DNA of 64,000 nt, from contig JAXGZN010000001.1 in the NCBI GenBank assembly GCA_040776945.1, positions 473,545 through 537,544 of the forward strand. The letters are read 5' to 3'. The DNA comes from Methanomassiliicoccaceae archaeon (GTDB taxonomy: Archaea; Thermoplasmatota; Thermoplasmata; Methanomassiliicoccales; Methanomassiliicoccaceae). The notes beneath the pieces were generated by a model, which was not told where the DNA came from, did not search any database, and saw only the letters and a list, made by a program, of their open reading frames with translations. Positions 1 to 8,855 of the stretch are shown here, in pieces (position 1 is the first letter of the stretch; every line of letters begins with the position of its first letter). A program made the position numbers and the translations under genes.

Positions 1-498
1 GAGCCGGGCGCGGTCCTTAAGGGAGAGGTGGTCGTGGAGAGCGGCGCGGTGGTGAGGAGCGGAGCGTACATAGAGGGCCCTGCGTACATCTCCGAAGGCT
101 GCGATGTTGGCCCGAACTGCTACATACGCCCATCTACCTGCCTGGGCCCCAATGTTAGAGTGGGCGCCGCGGTGGAGGTGAAGAACTCCATAATCATGGC
201 CAGATCACATGTCCCCCACCATAACTACGTGGGAGACAGCATCATTGGCGAGCGCTGCAACCTAGGAGCGGGCACCAAGGTGGCCAATCTGCGCTTCGAT
301 GATCGCCCGGTCAGGGTGACATTCAAGGGCCACATGATCGACTCTGGACGTCGGAAGCTCGGCGTGATCATGGGCGATGATGTGAAGACCGGCATCAACT
401 CCATGATCGACCCGGGAACCATCATCTTCGAGAGGACCTTCATAGGCCCTGGCGCGGTGGTCCGCGGGAACATCGGACCTGGGAGCAGGGTCCTCTAG
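1..498 (+). CDS. 3' part of a GlmU-like sugar-1-phosphate nucleotidyltransferase/acetyltransferase (left-handed beta-helix domain); 5' end lies outside the window
   Basis: Frame 1 is open from nt 1. The translation is a run of hexapeptide-type repeats (GAVVRSGAYIEG, CDVGPNCYIRP, VRVGAAVEVKNS, NLGAGTKVANL) typical of LbH acyltransferase C-termini. Stop TAG is at 496-498. Confidence 0.7.
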   Translation, partial: EPGAVLKGEVVVESGAVVRSGAYIEGPAYISEGCDVGPNCYIRPSTCLGPNVRVGAAVEVKNSIIMARSHVPHHNYVGDSIIGERCNLGAGTKVANLRFDDRPVRVTFKGHMIDSGRRKLGVIMGDDVKTGINSMIDPGTIIFERTFIGPGAVVRGNIGPGSRVL

Positions 499-881
499 AG
501 GTCCACGACCTCCAGCTTCACCGGCCGCCCCTCGCGGTCATAGGCTTGCCAGCTCCGCCAGTCGTACGGCAGGCAGGTGATGATGTGCGTGCTGCCGAAG
601 TTGCCGAACAGGTGAAGGTCCTCTGCCGACGGACGGTTGGACGGCCCGGGGTGCGAGTGCACCGTCCCGACCACGCTGAAGTCGATCGGCATCAAGTTCA
701 GCTGCATGAACGCGGAGCGCTCGTTGGACCGGCTTCCGGGGAACAGGAGGATCTCTGTGATCACCCCGTTCTCGGCCCTCAATGCGGCCACGAACTCATT
801 GGGCAGCGACTCCCTGGAGGCCTCGTTGATCATCTTCAGGACATCGGCCTCGATCCCCCATATCTTCCGGCGAGCGGTCAC
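495..881 (-). CDS. stand-alone JAMM/MPN+ family metalloprotease
   Basis: HSHPGPSNRPSAEDL matches the JAMM motif HxHx7Sx2D. The track start (974) would overlap nadK by 97 nt, whereas GTG at 879-881 overlaps the nadK stop as GTGA (128 aa). ATG at 833 is an alternative start. Confidence 0.75.
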   Translation of the reverse strand: MTARRKIWGIEADVLKMINEASRESLPNEFVAALRAENGVITEILLFPGSRSNERSAFMQLNLMPIDFSVVGTVHSHPGPSNRPSAEDLHLFGNFGSTHIITCLPYDWRSWQAYDREGRPVKLEVVDL

Positions 882-1684
882 AGGGCGCACACCAGCTTCT
901 CCCTGAGGCGGGGATAGAAGCTGCGCTCCATCCGGATGAAGCGACTCTTCCTCTCCGCCAGTTGGAACTCGCACATCTCGTCACCCTCCATCGGCATCTC
1001 TTGCTGGCCGTCGATAACGCACAGGCAAGGCTTCGGTCTCGCCAGCAGTAGATGGACGTGCGATGTCGCCGGCACCACGAGAGGCCGGGTCCCGAACTTG
1101 AACGGAGCCATGGGGGCGATGAGGAACGCGTCCACTCTCGGGTCGATTATCGGCCCGCCGACGGACATGGCGTAGCAGGTCGAGCCGGTGGAAGTGGCGA
1201 CGATGATGCCGTCCGCCCGAACGTCCATGGCCAGTTGGTCATCGACAAACACCTGGAAGTGGCGGATCTTCGCGATGTGGGCGGTATGCACCGCCGCCTC
1301 GTTGGTCGCGTCGAACAGCCGGCGGTCCCCCACCCTTGTCGCCAGCTTGACCCGGTCCTCGATGAAGTAGTTGCCATCGAGCAGGCTGCGTATGCCTTCC
1401 TTCAGGTCGTTCTCGGTGATCTCGGTCAGGAACCCCAGGGCCCCGGCGTTGACCCCGAATATTGGGGCCTCGGTGCGCTGCAGGGACCGTAGTATAGTTC
1501 CGTCCCCTCCGACCGTCACAAGCACGTCGATGTCCATTTCCTCGATGGGCATCCCCGGGCGGCCGAACAGGCCGGCCAGGCCGGACTCCAGTACTATGTC
1601 CTGGCCCTCCAGTTCGTTGAGCACCTGGCGGCTGACCCTGATCGCTTCGGGTATCTCTGAATTGGCGGTTATGCCGATCCTCAT
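878..1684 (-). CDS. nadK: NAD kinase
   Basis: It carries the GGDGT motif (VTVGGDGTILRS) and the TGSTCYAMSVGGP block, at 268 aa. The start overlaps the upstream stop as ATGA (1681-1684). Confidence 0.9.
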   Translation of the reverse strand: MRIGITANSEIPEAIRVSRQVLNELEGQDIVLESGLAGLFGRPGMPIEEMDIDVLVTVGGDGTILRSLQRTEAPIFGVNAGALGFLTEITENDLKEGIRSLLDGNYFIEDRVKLATRVGDRRLFDATNEAAVHTAHIAKIRHFQVFVDDQLAMDVRADGIIVATSTGSTCYAMSVGGPIIDPRVDAFLIAPMAPFKFGTRPLVVPATSHVHLLLARPKPCLCVIDGQQEMPMEGDEMCEFQLAERKSRFIRMERSFYPRLREKLVCAL

Positions 1685-2454
1685 AGCATCAACTCCTTGG
1701 TCTTCGCGTCCCCATAGGCCAGGAAGTTGCTCCTGGCCGCAAGATCGAAAGGAAGGTCCAGTACCTTTCCCTCAAGGTCCACTATCTCTCCCCCCGCCTC
1801 CCTTAGCATAAGGGCACTGGCGGCAATGTCCACTACCCTTATCCCCTTCTCATACACCTTGGTATTGAAGTAGTAGGCGTCGAACCGGCCTTGGGCCACC
1901 AAGCACATCTCCAGTGAGGCACAGCCGATGGCCCTGACCCTCGAAGAGCGGCCCACGATCTCGAAGGTCCTAGGGTGGACGAACCGGCCCAGATAGAGCA
2001 AGGTAGCGGGCCTGGCGGACCGCAGGCTGCGTACCGACATTCTCTCCCCATCGATCGTGGCCCCTTGGCCTTTGGAGGCTTTGTAAAGCGCGCCGGTCAC
2101 CAGGTCCAGCAGGACAGCGTGCTCGACTCCGAGGAGCGAGCGCTTGCCCACGGCCAGGGACACACTGTACATCGGTACGTTCAGGATCGAGTTGTGGGTG
2201 CCGTCGATAGGGTCGATCACGAGCGTGTCCTCGAAGCCCCGGTCCACCAAGCCTGCCTCTTCGCTCAGCAGATTTGCCTCAAGCCCCCTGTCCTCGACCG
2301 CCTTGAATATAACGTCCTCGGCAACCTTGTCTATGCTGGAGGTCGGCGTTCCGTCAGCTCCCATGTACATCTCGGCCCCGCGATCGAAGTCCTTGGGGAG
2401 CGCCCTGACCGCGTCCCTGACAAGGTATGCTATCCGTTCCAGCTCCTTCAGCAT
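1681..2454 (-). CDS. inositol monophosphatase / FBPase / NADP phosphatase family protein
   Basis: It has DPIDGT (VIDPIDGTHNS) and the C-terminal VVDIAASALMLREAGG (WDxAAG-like) motifs of the IMPase superfamily, at 257 aa. Confidence 0.85.
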   Translation of the reverse strand: MLKELERIAYLVRDAVRALPKDFDRGAEMYMGADGTPTSSIDKVAEDVIFKAVEDRGLEANLLSEEAGLVDRGFEDTLVIDPIDGTHNSILNVPMYSVSLAVGKRSLLGVEHAVLLDLVTGALYKASKGQGATIDGERMSVRSLRSARPATLLYLGRFVHPRTFEIVGRSSRVRAIGCASLEMCLVAQGRFDAYYFNTKVYEKGIRVVDIAASALMLREAGGEIVDLEGKVLDLPFDLAARSNFLAYGDAKTKELML

Positions 2455-2625
2455 CGCCGGTGTATCGCGGCCCTCCTTTAATTAGCTAGTGCGAAAATGA
2501 GGATCGGTCACATGTTCACCGGGCCGCGGGTTTGGCCGGTCGCGCGGTGTCCGTCTTCTGGCCCGGCGCGGCCGACCGCAGGGCCGGCTATCTTGGACCT
2601 GTGGATAAAAATGAGGAAGGGGTTT

Positions 2626-2820
2626 TCAGGAAATCACAGAGACATTGGGGTGGCCATCGGTCATGACCATGAGGAGCCAGCGCTTATCGCTGGCATCGCT
2701 GAACCTCATCTCCCCGATCTTCCGAAGCTCATTTCCCACGGGTTTGTGGACATGAATTATCCCGCTCTCTTTCCCCTCGTCGTGAACGATCTTCAATTTC
2801 AGTTCCATAATATCCCTCAC
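2626..2820 (-). CDS. small hypothetical protein (64 aa), similar to the upstream 85-aa ORF
   Basis: The ORF overlaps the upstream stop as ATGA (2817-2820). It shares a DEGKESG / MRF module with the neighbour. No family is recognised. Confidence 0.45.
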   Translation of the reverse strand: MRDIMELKLKIVHDEGKESGIIHVHKPVGNELRKIGEMRFSDASDKRWLLMVMTDGHPNVSVIS

Positions 2821-3074
2821 TGCTTGAAGTATAGATCGACGAAGTTGCCTATCTCCACATGGGGGCCTATGATCTCGACGTCCGAGTGGCCGGCGATCAT
2901 TATCTTGCGGAGCGCTTCCTTTTCCTCGGCGTTCTCATAGTCGATGTAACCGAGGGGGACCCGGCATGTGAACGACTTGCGCAAGTACACCGCAAGACGC
3001 CCGCTCTCTTTTCCATCTTCCTGTTCAAAACGCATCGATGTCAGCATGGAGCACATCACTTCCGTGACCGGCAT
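2817..3074 (-). CDS. small hypothetical protein (85 aa)
   Basis: The composition is protein-like, and an AT-rich promoter region with TATA-like boxes lies directly upstream (3080-3135). No family is recognised. Confidence 0.5.
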   Translation of the reverse strand: MPVTEVMCSMLTSMRFEQEDGKESGRLAVYLRKSFTCRVPLGYIDYENAEEKEALRKIMIAGHSDVEIIGPHVEIGNFVDLYFKQ

Positions 3075-3297
3075 GACCTTGACCTATAAAAAAGAGTAAT
3101 AAAGATAGAGCCTATCTGGCAATATAAAAGGCGTTAATATTTGAGCGTTCTATGGTCCGAGAGCGGAGCAGGCGGTCCGCCCGCCGTCCGTTGATGAGGA
3201 AAGTTCACGAGGCCATGATGGACCCTGCGTCAGGCGAAGGCCCGTCGTTCTTCCCGAATTGGGCAGAAATCGTTTTATTCCCTGTGTTGCCTAGAAA

Positions 3298-3681
3298 GTG
3301 GAGAGGCTGAAGATGATAGGGGACAAGCCGCTATTAGTGCCGATCGTGAGCATCGATCACGATCGGGACAGGTATATGATCCAGGTCGAGCTGCCTGGAG
3401 TAAGGCGGGAGGATATTGATCTGGAGGTCACCGAGACCAGCTTCTGCATCCATGCGGATAAGGCCGATGCGGCCATAATCGGCTGTTATTTTCTGGCCCA
3501 TCCAGTGAACGTCGACGAAGCCGACGCGGCCTTCGACGGCAGGATGTTGAACGTCCAGATCCCGTTCAAGGGGCCGATCCGAGGGCGAACGGTCGAGGTC
3601 CGTGAGGGGACCATGGACTTCGCTCAGGTCAGCCCCCGCAGGGTAGACCTGAGAGAGATATCGGGGAACAGACCCCCATAG
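3298..3681 (+). CDS. hsp20: small heat shock protein, Hsp20/alpha-crystallin family
   Basis: It has the alpha-crystallin core (YMIQVELPGVRREDIDLEVTETSFCIHA ... GMLNVQIP). The track start is GTG at 3298; ATG at 3313 is an alternative. Confidence 0.8.
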   Translation: MERLKMIGDKPLLVPIVSIDHDRDRYMIQVELPGVRREDIDLEVTETSFCIHADKADAAIIGCYFLAHPVNVDEADAAFDGRMLNVQIPFKGPIRGRTVEVREGTMDFAQVSPRRVDLREISGNRPP

Positions 3682-4135
3682 GTCAGCGGAATGCAGAGAG
3701 AAGGCGGCAATAAAGGCCGGCAATGAGCTCCCCTAGGTTGCCCGTTCTCCGTACTCCATGACCAGCAGTTTTACTTCTCTCTTGAGAGGCCGGGAGCGCA
3801 GGAGCATCTGGAATGGATGCCGGGCGCCCGGTCTTCATATCACATCATCCAGAAGCGTGTTGTGGTCACGTTCATATCGATCGCCGGACCGCATCCACGG
3901 ACCTGTCTGGCGGAGGTCCTTGCCGGCCGCCTTCTGGAACTTGCGGAACTGTCCACCATCTGAGCGCATGGCCGGGCGACCTCCCTCGCCGCCGCTTCCT
4001 GGCCTGGCATGTGCTTGGGGATCTCCCCGATCTTGCGGCCCTCTGCATTATGCGGCCCAACGTTCACGCCGTATCCGCAACGAGATCTATCGGCGCCGCG
4101 CATCTATTTATCTGGTGGTGCGTTCCTTCGGCACG

Positions 4136-4801
4136 ATGAGCAGTGGAACGATTCGCTCTGCAGGGCTTGAAGGCGTTTTCACCGACGGCGAGCGCCTGTA
4201 CACCAGGAACTCCGATCCCGGCCACGCGGTGTACGGCGAGCGGTTGGTCATCAGCGGCGAGGTCCAATATCGCGAATGGGTGCCCACCCGAAGCAAGCTA
4301 TCCGCCTACATCCGTTCTGGAGGGAAGCACTTCCCCTTCCGGCCGGGAACCAATGTGCTGTATTTGGGCGCGGCCTCGGGGACCACGGCGAGCCACATTG
4401 CAGACATCGTCACCGGGGGCACCGTCTATTGCATCGAGGTCTCCCCTCGTTCCTTTCGGGATCTCGTCTCGGTTTGCGAGTCCCGCCCCAACATGGTCCC
4501 GCTGCTCGCCGATGCCACGAGGCCTCAGGAATATTCCTTCGCGGTGTCCTCTGCGGACGTCGTCTACCAGGACATCGCCCAAAAAGGGCAGGCCCAGATC
4601 TTCATCCGCAATTTCAACGCCTTCAGCGCATCGGACGGCCTGCTGGTCATCAAGTCACGCTCAGAGGATGTGGCCCAGGACCCTTTGCGCACTTATGAGG
4701 GGTCAAAGAGGCAGTTGATCGCCGCCGGTCTTAAGGTTAAAGAGGTGGTGCGCCTCGATCCCATGGAGAAGGACCATGCCATGATCGCGGTGTCGCGATG
4801 A
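4136..4801 (+). CDS. flpA: fibrillarin-like rRNA/tRNA 2'-O-methyltransferase
   Basis: The last 221 aa match archaeal fibrillarin blocks by eye ([50 protein letters not shown]). The 126-codon upstream extension in the track is Arg/Pro/Ser-rich and not fibrillarin-like. Confidence 0.9.
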   Translation: MSSGTIRSAGLEGVFTDGERLYTRNSDPGHAVYGERLVISGEVQYREWVPTRSKLSAYIRSGGKHFPFRPGTNVLYLGAASGTTASHIADIVTGGTVYCIEVSPRSFRDLVSVCESRPNMVPLLADATRPQEYSFAVSSADVVYQDIAQKGQAQIFIRNFNAFSASDGLLVIKSRSEDVAQDPLRTYEGSKRQLIAAGLKVKEVVRLDPMEKDHAMIAVSR

Positions 4802-5154
4802 ACTACGTGTACGGGATCGCGTTCGAAGGTGACGAGTTCGTCATGGTCTTCAACCCCCGCAGGGGCGGATGGGAGATGCCCGGCGGTAAGGTGGAGGAGG
4901 GCGAAACGAGCCTGGAGGCGATGCTCCGCGAGTTCCGGGAGGAGGTTGGCCGTGAGTTCTTGCCCAAGGCCAGTTCTAACATCGGGGGTGTGTCGGTCTA
5001 CGCGGGCGAGCTCGGGGGCCGGCCTTCGAAGGCGGAGATGGAATGGAGGATCTTCCGCGAGCTTCCGCGGCCCCTGTCCTTTCCCCTGGTCGAATACATC
5101 TCTATCATCGATTGGGCGCGCGAGGCCACCGGACGAGCGAGGCCCAGTGGTTAG
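4798..5154 (+). CDS. NUDIX hydrolase
   Basis: It carries a Nudix box ([23 protein letters not shown]). The start overlaps the flpA stop as ATGA. Confidence 0.85.
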   Translation: MNYVYGIAFEGDEFVMVFNPRRGGWEMPGGKVEEGETSLEAMLREFREEVGREFLPKASSNIGGVSVYAGELGGRPSKAEMEWRIFRELPRPLSFPLVEYISIIDWAREATGRARPSG

Positions 5155-5249
5155 ATCGCTCCTGGCAGTTAAATGTTAAATACGAGAACGGGGATTGGCT
5201 TAAACCTCGCCACCTAAACGCTAATCAGTTCACATTTGGAGGTCACATC

Positions 5250-5705
5250 ATGGCTCGCATGCATGCAAGAAGGAGGGGGAGGTCCGGGTCCCAGCGCCCG
5301 TTGATCACCGAGAACCCCGCGTGGGTGCCCCTCAGCAAGGAAGAGATAGAAGGTCTGGTCATCAAGATGGGCAAGGACGGCGTCACCATGGCCCGCATCG
5401 GCCTGCTTCTCCGCGACCAGCACGCCGTTCCCGACGTCAAGCTCGCCACCGGTAGGACGGTCCTGGAGATCCTTAAGGAGAACGACCTGCAGGCCAACAT
5501 CCCGGACGACCTCGTCGCCCTTATGAGGAAGGCCATCAATCTGCAGGCCCACCTTCAGGAGAACAAGAAGGACCTTGCCAACAAGAGGAACCTTCAGATG
5601 GTGGAGTCCAAGATCCGCCGCATCGTTAATTACTACAAGCGCGAGGGCAGCCTCCCCGCGGACTGGCAGTACTCCATAGCCAACGCTGAGCTGCTCATCG
5701 AGTGA
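5250..5705 (+). CDS. rps15: 30S ribosomal protein uS15 (S15P/S13e)
   Basis: MARMHARRRGRSGS at the N-terminus and KDLANKRNLQMVESKIRRIVNYYK at the C-terminus are typical of archaeal uS15. ATG at 5250 is preceded by GGAGGT at 5239-5244. Confidence 0.9.
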   Translation: MARMHARRRGRSGSQRPLITENPAWVPLSKEEIEGLVIKMGKDGVTMARIGLLLRDQHAVPDVKLATGRTVLEILKENDLQANIPDDLVALMRKAINLQAHLQENKKDLANKRNLQMVESKIRRIVNYYKREGSLPADWQYSIANAELLIE

Positions 5706-5711
5706 TGGTGA

Positions 5712-7070
5712 ATGGACGCAGGCACTCAGCTGCCTGATAAACTCCTTTCTCGTATTTCTTTAGCCAAGGCGGAACTGGAGAAGGCGTCCGAGGTCCGCCT
5801 GGTCTCTCATTATGACGCTGACGGCATATCCTCGGCAGGCGTGATGTGCAATGCGCTGCTCCGCGCCGGAAAGCGCTTCCACGCCACTATCGTCAAGGGC
5901 CTTAACGAGAAGGTGATCGCCGAGACCTCCCCGGGCTGCGAGGTGATGGTCTTCAGTGACATGGGCTCATCGCACTTGGCGGCCCTTGAGGGTCTGGACT
6001 GCAGGGTCATCGTTCTCGATCACCATTCACCGCAGATGGATTCGGAGAAGGTCGTGCATGTGAACCCTCATTTGGCAGGGATGGACGGCATGACCTCGGC
6101 GTCAGCATCGGCAGTGTGCATGCTCCTGGCGGCCAATATGGACGAGCGGAACTGGGACCTCCTTCCGATTGCCTTCGCAGGCATCGCCGGCGATCGGCAG
6201 GCCATCAGGGGGCTCTCCGGGCTTAACCAATGGCTGTTCGAGGAAGGGCGGAAGAGAAGGGTGGTGGAGGCCCGCCCTGGCTCCCTGTTGCCCGAAGGCC
6301 CGGTCCTCGATGGACTGGTAGGATCGACAGACCCGTACGTGATAGGGATCTCCGGGTCCACTGAGGGGGCGAAAGCATTGCTGGCCGATGCCGGCGTTCC
6401 AGAGGACGCTGACGCTGACAGGCTGGACGTGGCGTCGAGGATGAAGCTGTCTTCCCTGCTCGCGCTAAAGCTCACCGCGCAGGGGACTCCCATGACCACG
6501 CTGGACGAGGTCGTGCACGAGCGCTATTACTCGCCCAAATGGGGCATGAGCGCAGAGACCATGGCGGGACTGCTCAATGCCTGCGGCCGTTCTAACAATG
6601 AGGGCGTGGGGCTCGCGCTGACGCTCGGGGACCCTTCGGCGATGGAGGAGGCCAGAGCGCTCCGCCGCATCTACACCGACGAGGTACAGGCCTCCCTTAG
6701 GAAGATAGTTGCCAGTGGCATCACCCAGATGGAGAACATACAATACTTCTTCAACGACAATCTCGGGCTGTCAGGCATCCTGAGCGGGGTCACCATGCAA
6801 TACTTCGGCGACCGGGGGAAACCGACCTTGGCCCTGGCGGAATCGGGCGATGACATCAAGGTCTCGTCCCGGGGGACTTTCGACATACTAGAGAGCGGCG
6901 TTGACCTCGCCGCCGCGCTAAGGGAGTGCGGACAGAAGGTAGGCGGGGTCGGAGGGGGGCACCGCATCGCTTCAGGGGCCACGGTGCCTAAGGGCCGGGA
7001 GATGGAGTTCCTCGAGCTGGTGGATAAGATGGTCGGTGAGCAGAAGGCCCTGAAGAAGGATGCCGGATGA
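5712..7070 (+). CDS. DHH/DHHA1 phosphoesterase, archaeal RecJ/Cdc45-like (GAN family)
   Basis: It has DHH motifs (SHYDADGISSAG, VLDHH) and the DHHA1 GGGH motif (GGVGGGHRIASGA). The uS15 / RecJ-like gene order is common in archaea. Confidence 0.85.
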   Translation: MDAGTQLPDKLLSRISLAKAELEKASEVRLVSHYDADGISSAGVMCNALLRAGKRFHATIVKGLNEKVIAETSPGCEVMVFSDMGSSHLAALEGLDCRVIVLDHHSPQMDSEKVVHVNPHLAGMDGMTSASASAVCMLLAANMDERNWDLLPIAFAGIAGDRQAIRGLSGLNQWLFEEGRKRRVVEARPGSLLPEGPVLDGLVGSTDPYVIGISGSTEGAKALLADAGVPEDADADRLDVASRMKLSSLLALKLTAQGTPMTTLDEVVHERYYSPKWGMSAETMAGLLNACGRSNNEGVGLALTLGDPSAMEEARALRRIYTDEVQASLRKIVASGITQMENIQYFFNDNLGLSGILSGVTMQYFGDRGKPTLALAESGDDIKVSSRGTFDILESGVDLAAALRECGQKVGGVGGGHRIASGATVPKGREMEFLELVDKMVGEQKALKKDAG

Positions 7071-8051
7071 TCAGCGCCAGCTGACCTCTACTTCATCGGT
7101 GCGATACCGTTGATCGACCTTCGTATCATCGATGGTCATGCGCACTCCGGCGTTGTGCATGAGCAGTCCGGTCCACGCGATCATGGCGCCGTTGTCGATG
7201 CACAATCGAGATTCGGGGACGAACATCTCCGCGCCGCGATCGCTCGTCATCCTAGCTACCATGGCTCGGAGGCGCTTGTTCTGCACCACCCCGCCGCCCA
7301 GCAGAACCTCGCCCTTCTCGATGTGCGCCATCGCTCTCTCCGTGACCTCCGTCAACATGGCGAAGCAGGTCTCCTGGACAGAGAAGCATATGTCCTCGAG
7401 GCTCTCGCCACGAGCGCGGTGGGCGACGGCGGCGGTCATGATCCCTGAAAAGGCCATGTCCATGCCCTTGACCGAGTACGGCAGGTCAAGCAGCCTGCTG
7501 CCTTCCTGGGCGATTTTCTCGATCTTCGGGCCGGCATAGTAGCCGAGCCCGAGCTCACGCCCGAGCTTGTCGAACATGTTGCCTATGCCTATGTCCAACG
7601 TTTCCCCGAATATTCGGTACCTGCCATTGGCGAAAGATATGATCTGAGTATTGCCGCCCGAGGCATAGAGGAGCACGGGGTCCGTGCAGTCGGTCTTGGC
7701 GACGCCGATCTCCAGGTGGGAGATGCAGTGGTTGACGCCGATGATGGGTCGGTCCAGTGAAACGGCCAGTGCGCGCGCGGCAGTGGCTACCGTCCTAAGG
7801 CAGGGTCCGAGCCCGGGACCTTGGGAGAAGCAGACCACATCGATCTCCTTCATCTCCACGCCGGCGGCGTCCAAGGCCTTGCGTATCAGTGGCACGACGA
7901 CGTCGGAATGATGATTGGCAGCTTCGCGGGGGTGGATGCCTCCCTTCTCTGGGCGGTACATGTCCAGTTCGTTCGCCAGGATGTTCGCGTCCTCATCGAC
8001 TATCCCCACGCCGCAGGTGTGGGCCGTGCCTTCTATACCGAGGCAGATCAT
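7071..8051 (-). CDS. kae1: tRNA N6-adenosine threonylcarbamoyltransferase Kae1 (KEOPS catalytic subunit)
   Basis: ICLGIEGTAHTCGVGIV, HPREAANHH and ASGGNTQ blocks place it in the Kae1/OSGEP/TsaD family. It is 326 aa with no Bud32 fusion. Confidence 0.9.
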   Translation of the reverse strand: MICLGIEGTAHTCGVGIVDEDANILANELDMYRPEKGGIHPREAANHHSDVVVPLIRKALDAAGVEMKEIDVVCFSQGPGLGPCLRTVATAARALAVSLDRPIIGVNHCISHLEIGVAKTDCTDPVLLYASGGNTQIISFANGRYRIFGETLDIGIGNMFDKLGRELGLGYYAGPKIEKIAQEGSRLLDLPYSVKGMDMAFSGIMTAAVAHRARGESLEDICFSVQETCFAMLTEVTERAMAHIEKGEVLLGGGVVQNKRLRAMVARMTSDRGAEMFVPESRLCIDNGAMIAWTGLLMHNAGVRMTIDDTKVDQRYRTDEVEVSWR

Positions 8052-8060
8052 GTTTTTATC

Positions 8061-8309
8061 TTACACCTTCGCGCCGTTGCCGGCAAGCTCGTTGAGACGG
8101 GCCATGATGGCGATGGCCCCCTCCGTCACCTGATCGTCCACCACCAGGATAGGGGTGTGCTTTCCCAGGATCTCGTAGTAAGCGGCCTCGGCCAGGCCCT
8201 CCGCGGTTGATGTGTCCACGTAGCTGACATGAAGCCCGGCGGGTATCCGCTCCTTGATGTAATCGCACTTCTGGCAGCCCGGCTTGGTAAAGAGTAATAT
8301 CTCTGGCAT
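8061..8309 (-). CDS. glutaredoxin-like / thioredoxin-fold protein
   Basis: ILLFTKPGCQKCD places a CxxC after beta-1. ATG at 8309 is preferred over 8327 because a TATA-like CCTATTAATC (minus strand) lies only about 20 nt upstream of 8327. Confidence 0.7.
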   Translation of the reverse strand: MPEILLFTKPGCQKCDYIKERIPAGLHVSYVDTSTAEGLAEAAYYEILGKHTPILVVDDQVTEGAIAIMARLNELAGNGAKV

Positions 8310-8370
8310 CCAAATCTCTAACCCCATAATAGGTGTGAGATTAATAGGTTTTCATTTTTCAGCATACTGA

Positions 8371-8678
8371 GCTGGGGCCACAGGGCCTTCGGCCTCCCAT
8401 GATGGCCAATAGCCAAGCACAGTGCCGGCTTTGGCCTTCGCTCCGCACTTGCTCGAGGTCCAGAGATCGTTGCTAACCATCCCGATAGGGGGCCCATCAT
8501 GCAGGCGGTCCATGCATATGGTGGAGCGCCGATCCCCTCTTTGTTACATATCATGAGGTGGATGCAGCTTTCTGGAGCGTGTCCGTCCCGTGCCAATATG
8601 ATTATGGGGCATGAACGAGCCCCCAACGGCCCTTTCCCCGATCCGCCCGCATTGATGCCCCGGCGAGACCGTCTCGCC
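8371..8678 (-). ncRNA. rnpB: candidate RNase P RNA (approximate ends)
   Basis: No credible CDS lies in 8330-8870. On the minus strand, five blocks occur in canonical order: GGGGAAAGGGCC (8639-8628), CCAGAAAGC (8575-8567), GGCGCUCCACCA (8530-8519), GCGGAGCGAAGGCCAAAG (8446-8429) and GAAGGCCCU (8390-8382). AGGGCC and GGCCCU can form a P4-like long-range helix about 247 nt apart. GCCGGGGC (8664-8657) and GCCCCAGC (8378-8371) can form a closing helix with one mismatch. Confidence 0.4.
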
Positions 8679-8846
8679 AGATCCCCTCCTGCCGGCACAG
8701 GAACCTTCTATGCCCGTCCTTTGATAGCTACATATGTCCCTGCCCAGGACCATTAGGTCCGCGTCGACCGTACATGCGAAGAGCGGAGACAACATCTGCA
8801 TCAAGGTCACGTCCAAGCTGCCCTCTGCCTCGGCCCGATGGGTAGC

Positions 8847-8855
8847 GATTATATG
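8847..8855 (+). promoter_or_regulatory. TATA-like box (GATTATATG) for the zinc-ribbon gene, implying a leaderless mRNA
   Basis: It is an AT-rich octamer in GC-rich context, centred about 24 nt upstream of ATG 8875. Confidence 0.4.

Noticed and set aside
3758-4135. 126-codon N-terminal extension of fibrillarin in the ORF track
   Set aside because: It is Arg/Ser/Pro/Trp-rich with no resemblance to fibrillarin or a GAR domain. Archaeal fibrillarins are about 220 aa, and a clean ATG lies at 4136.
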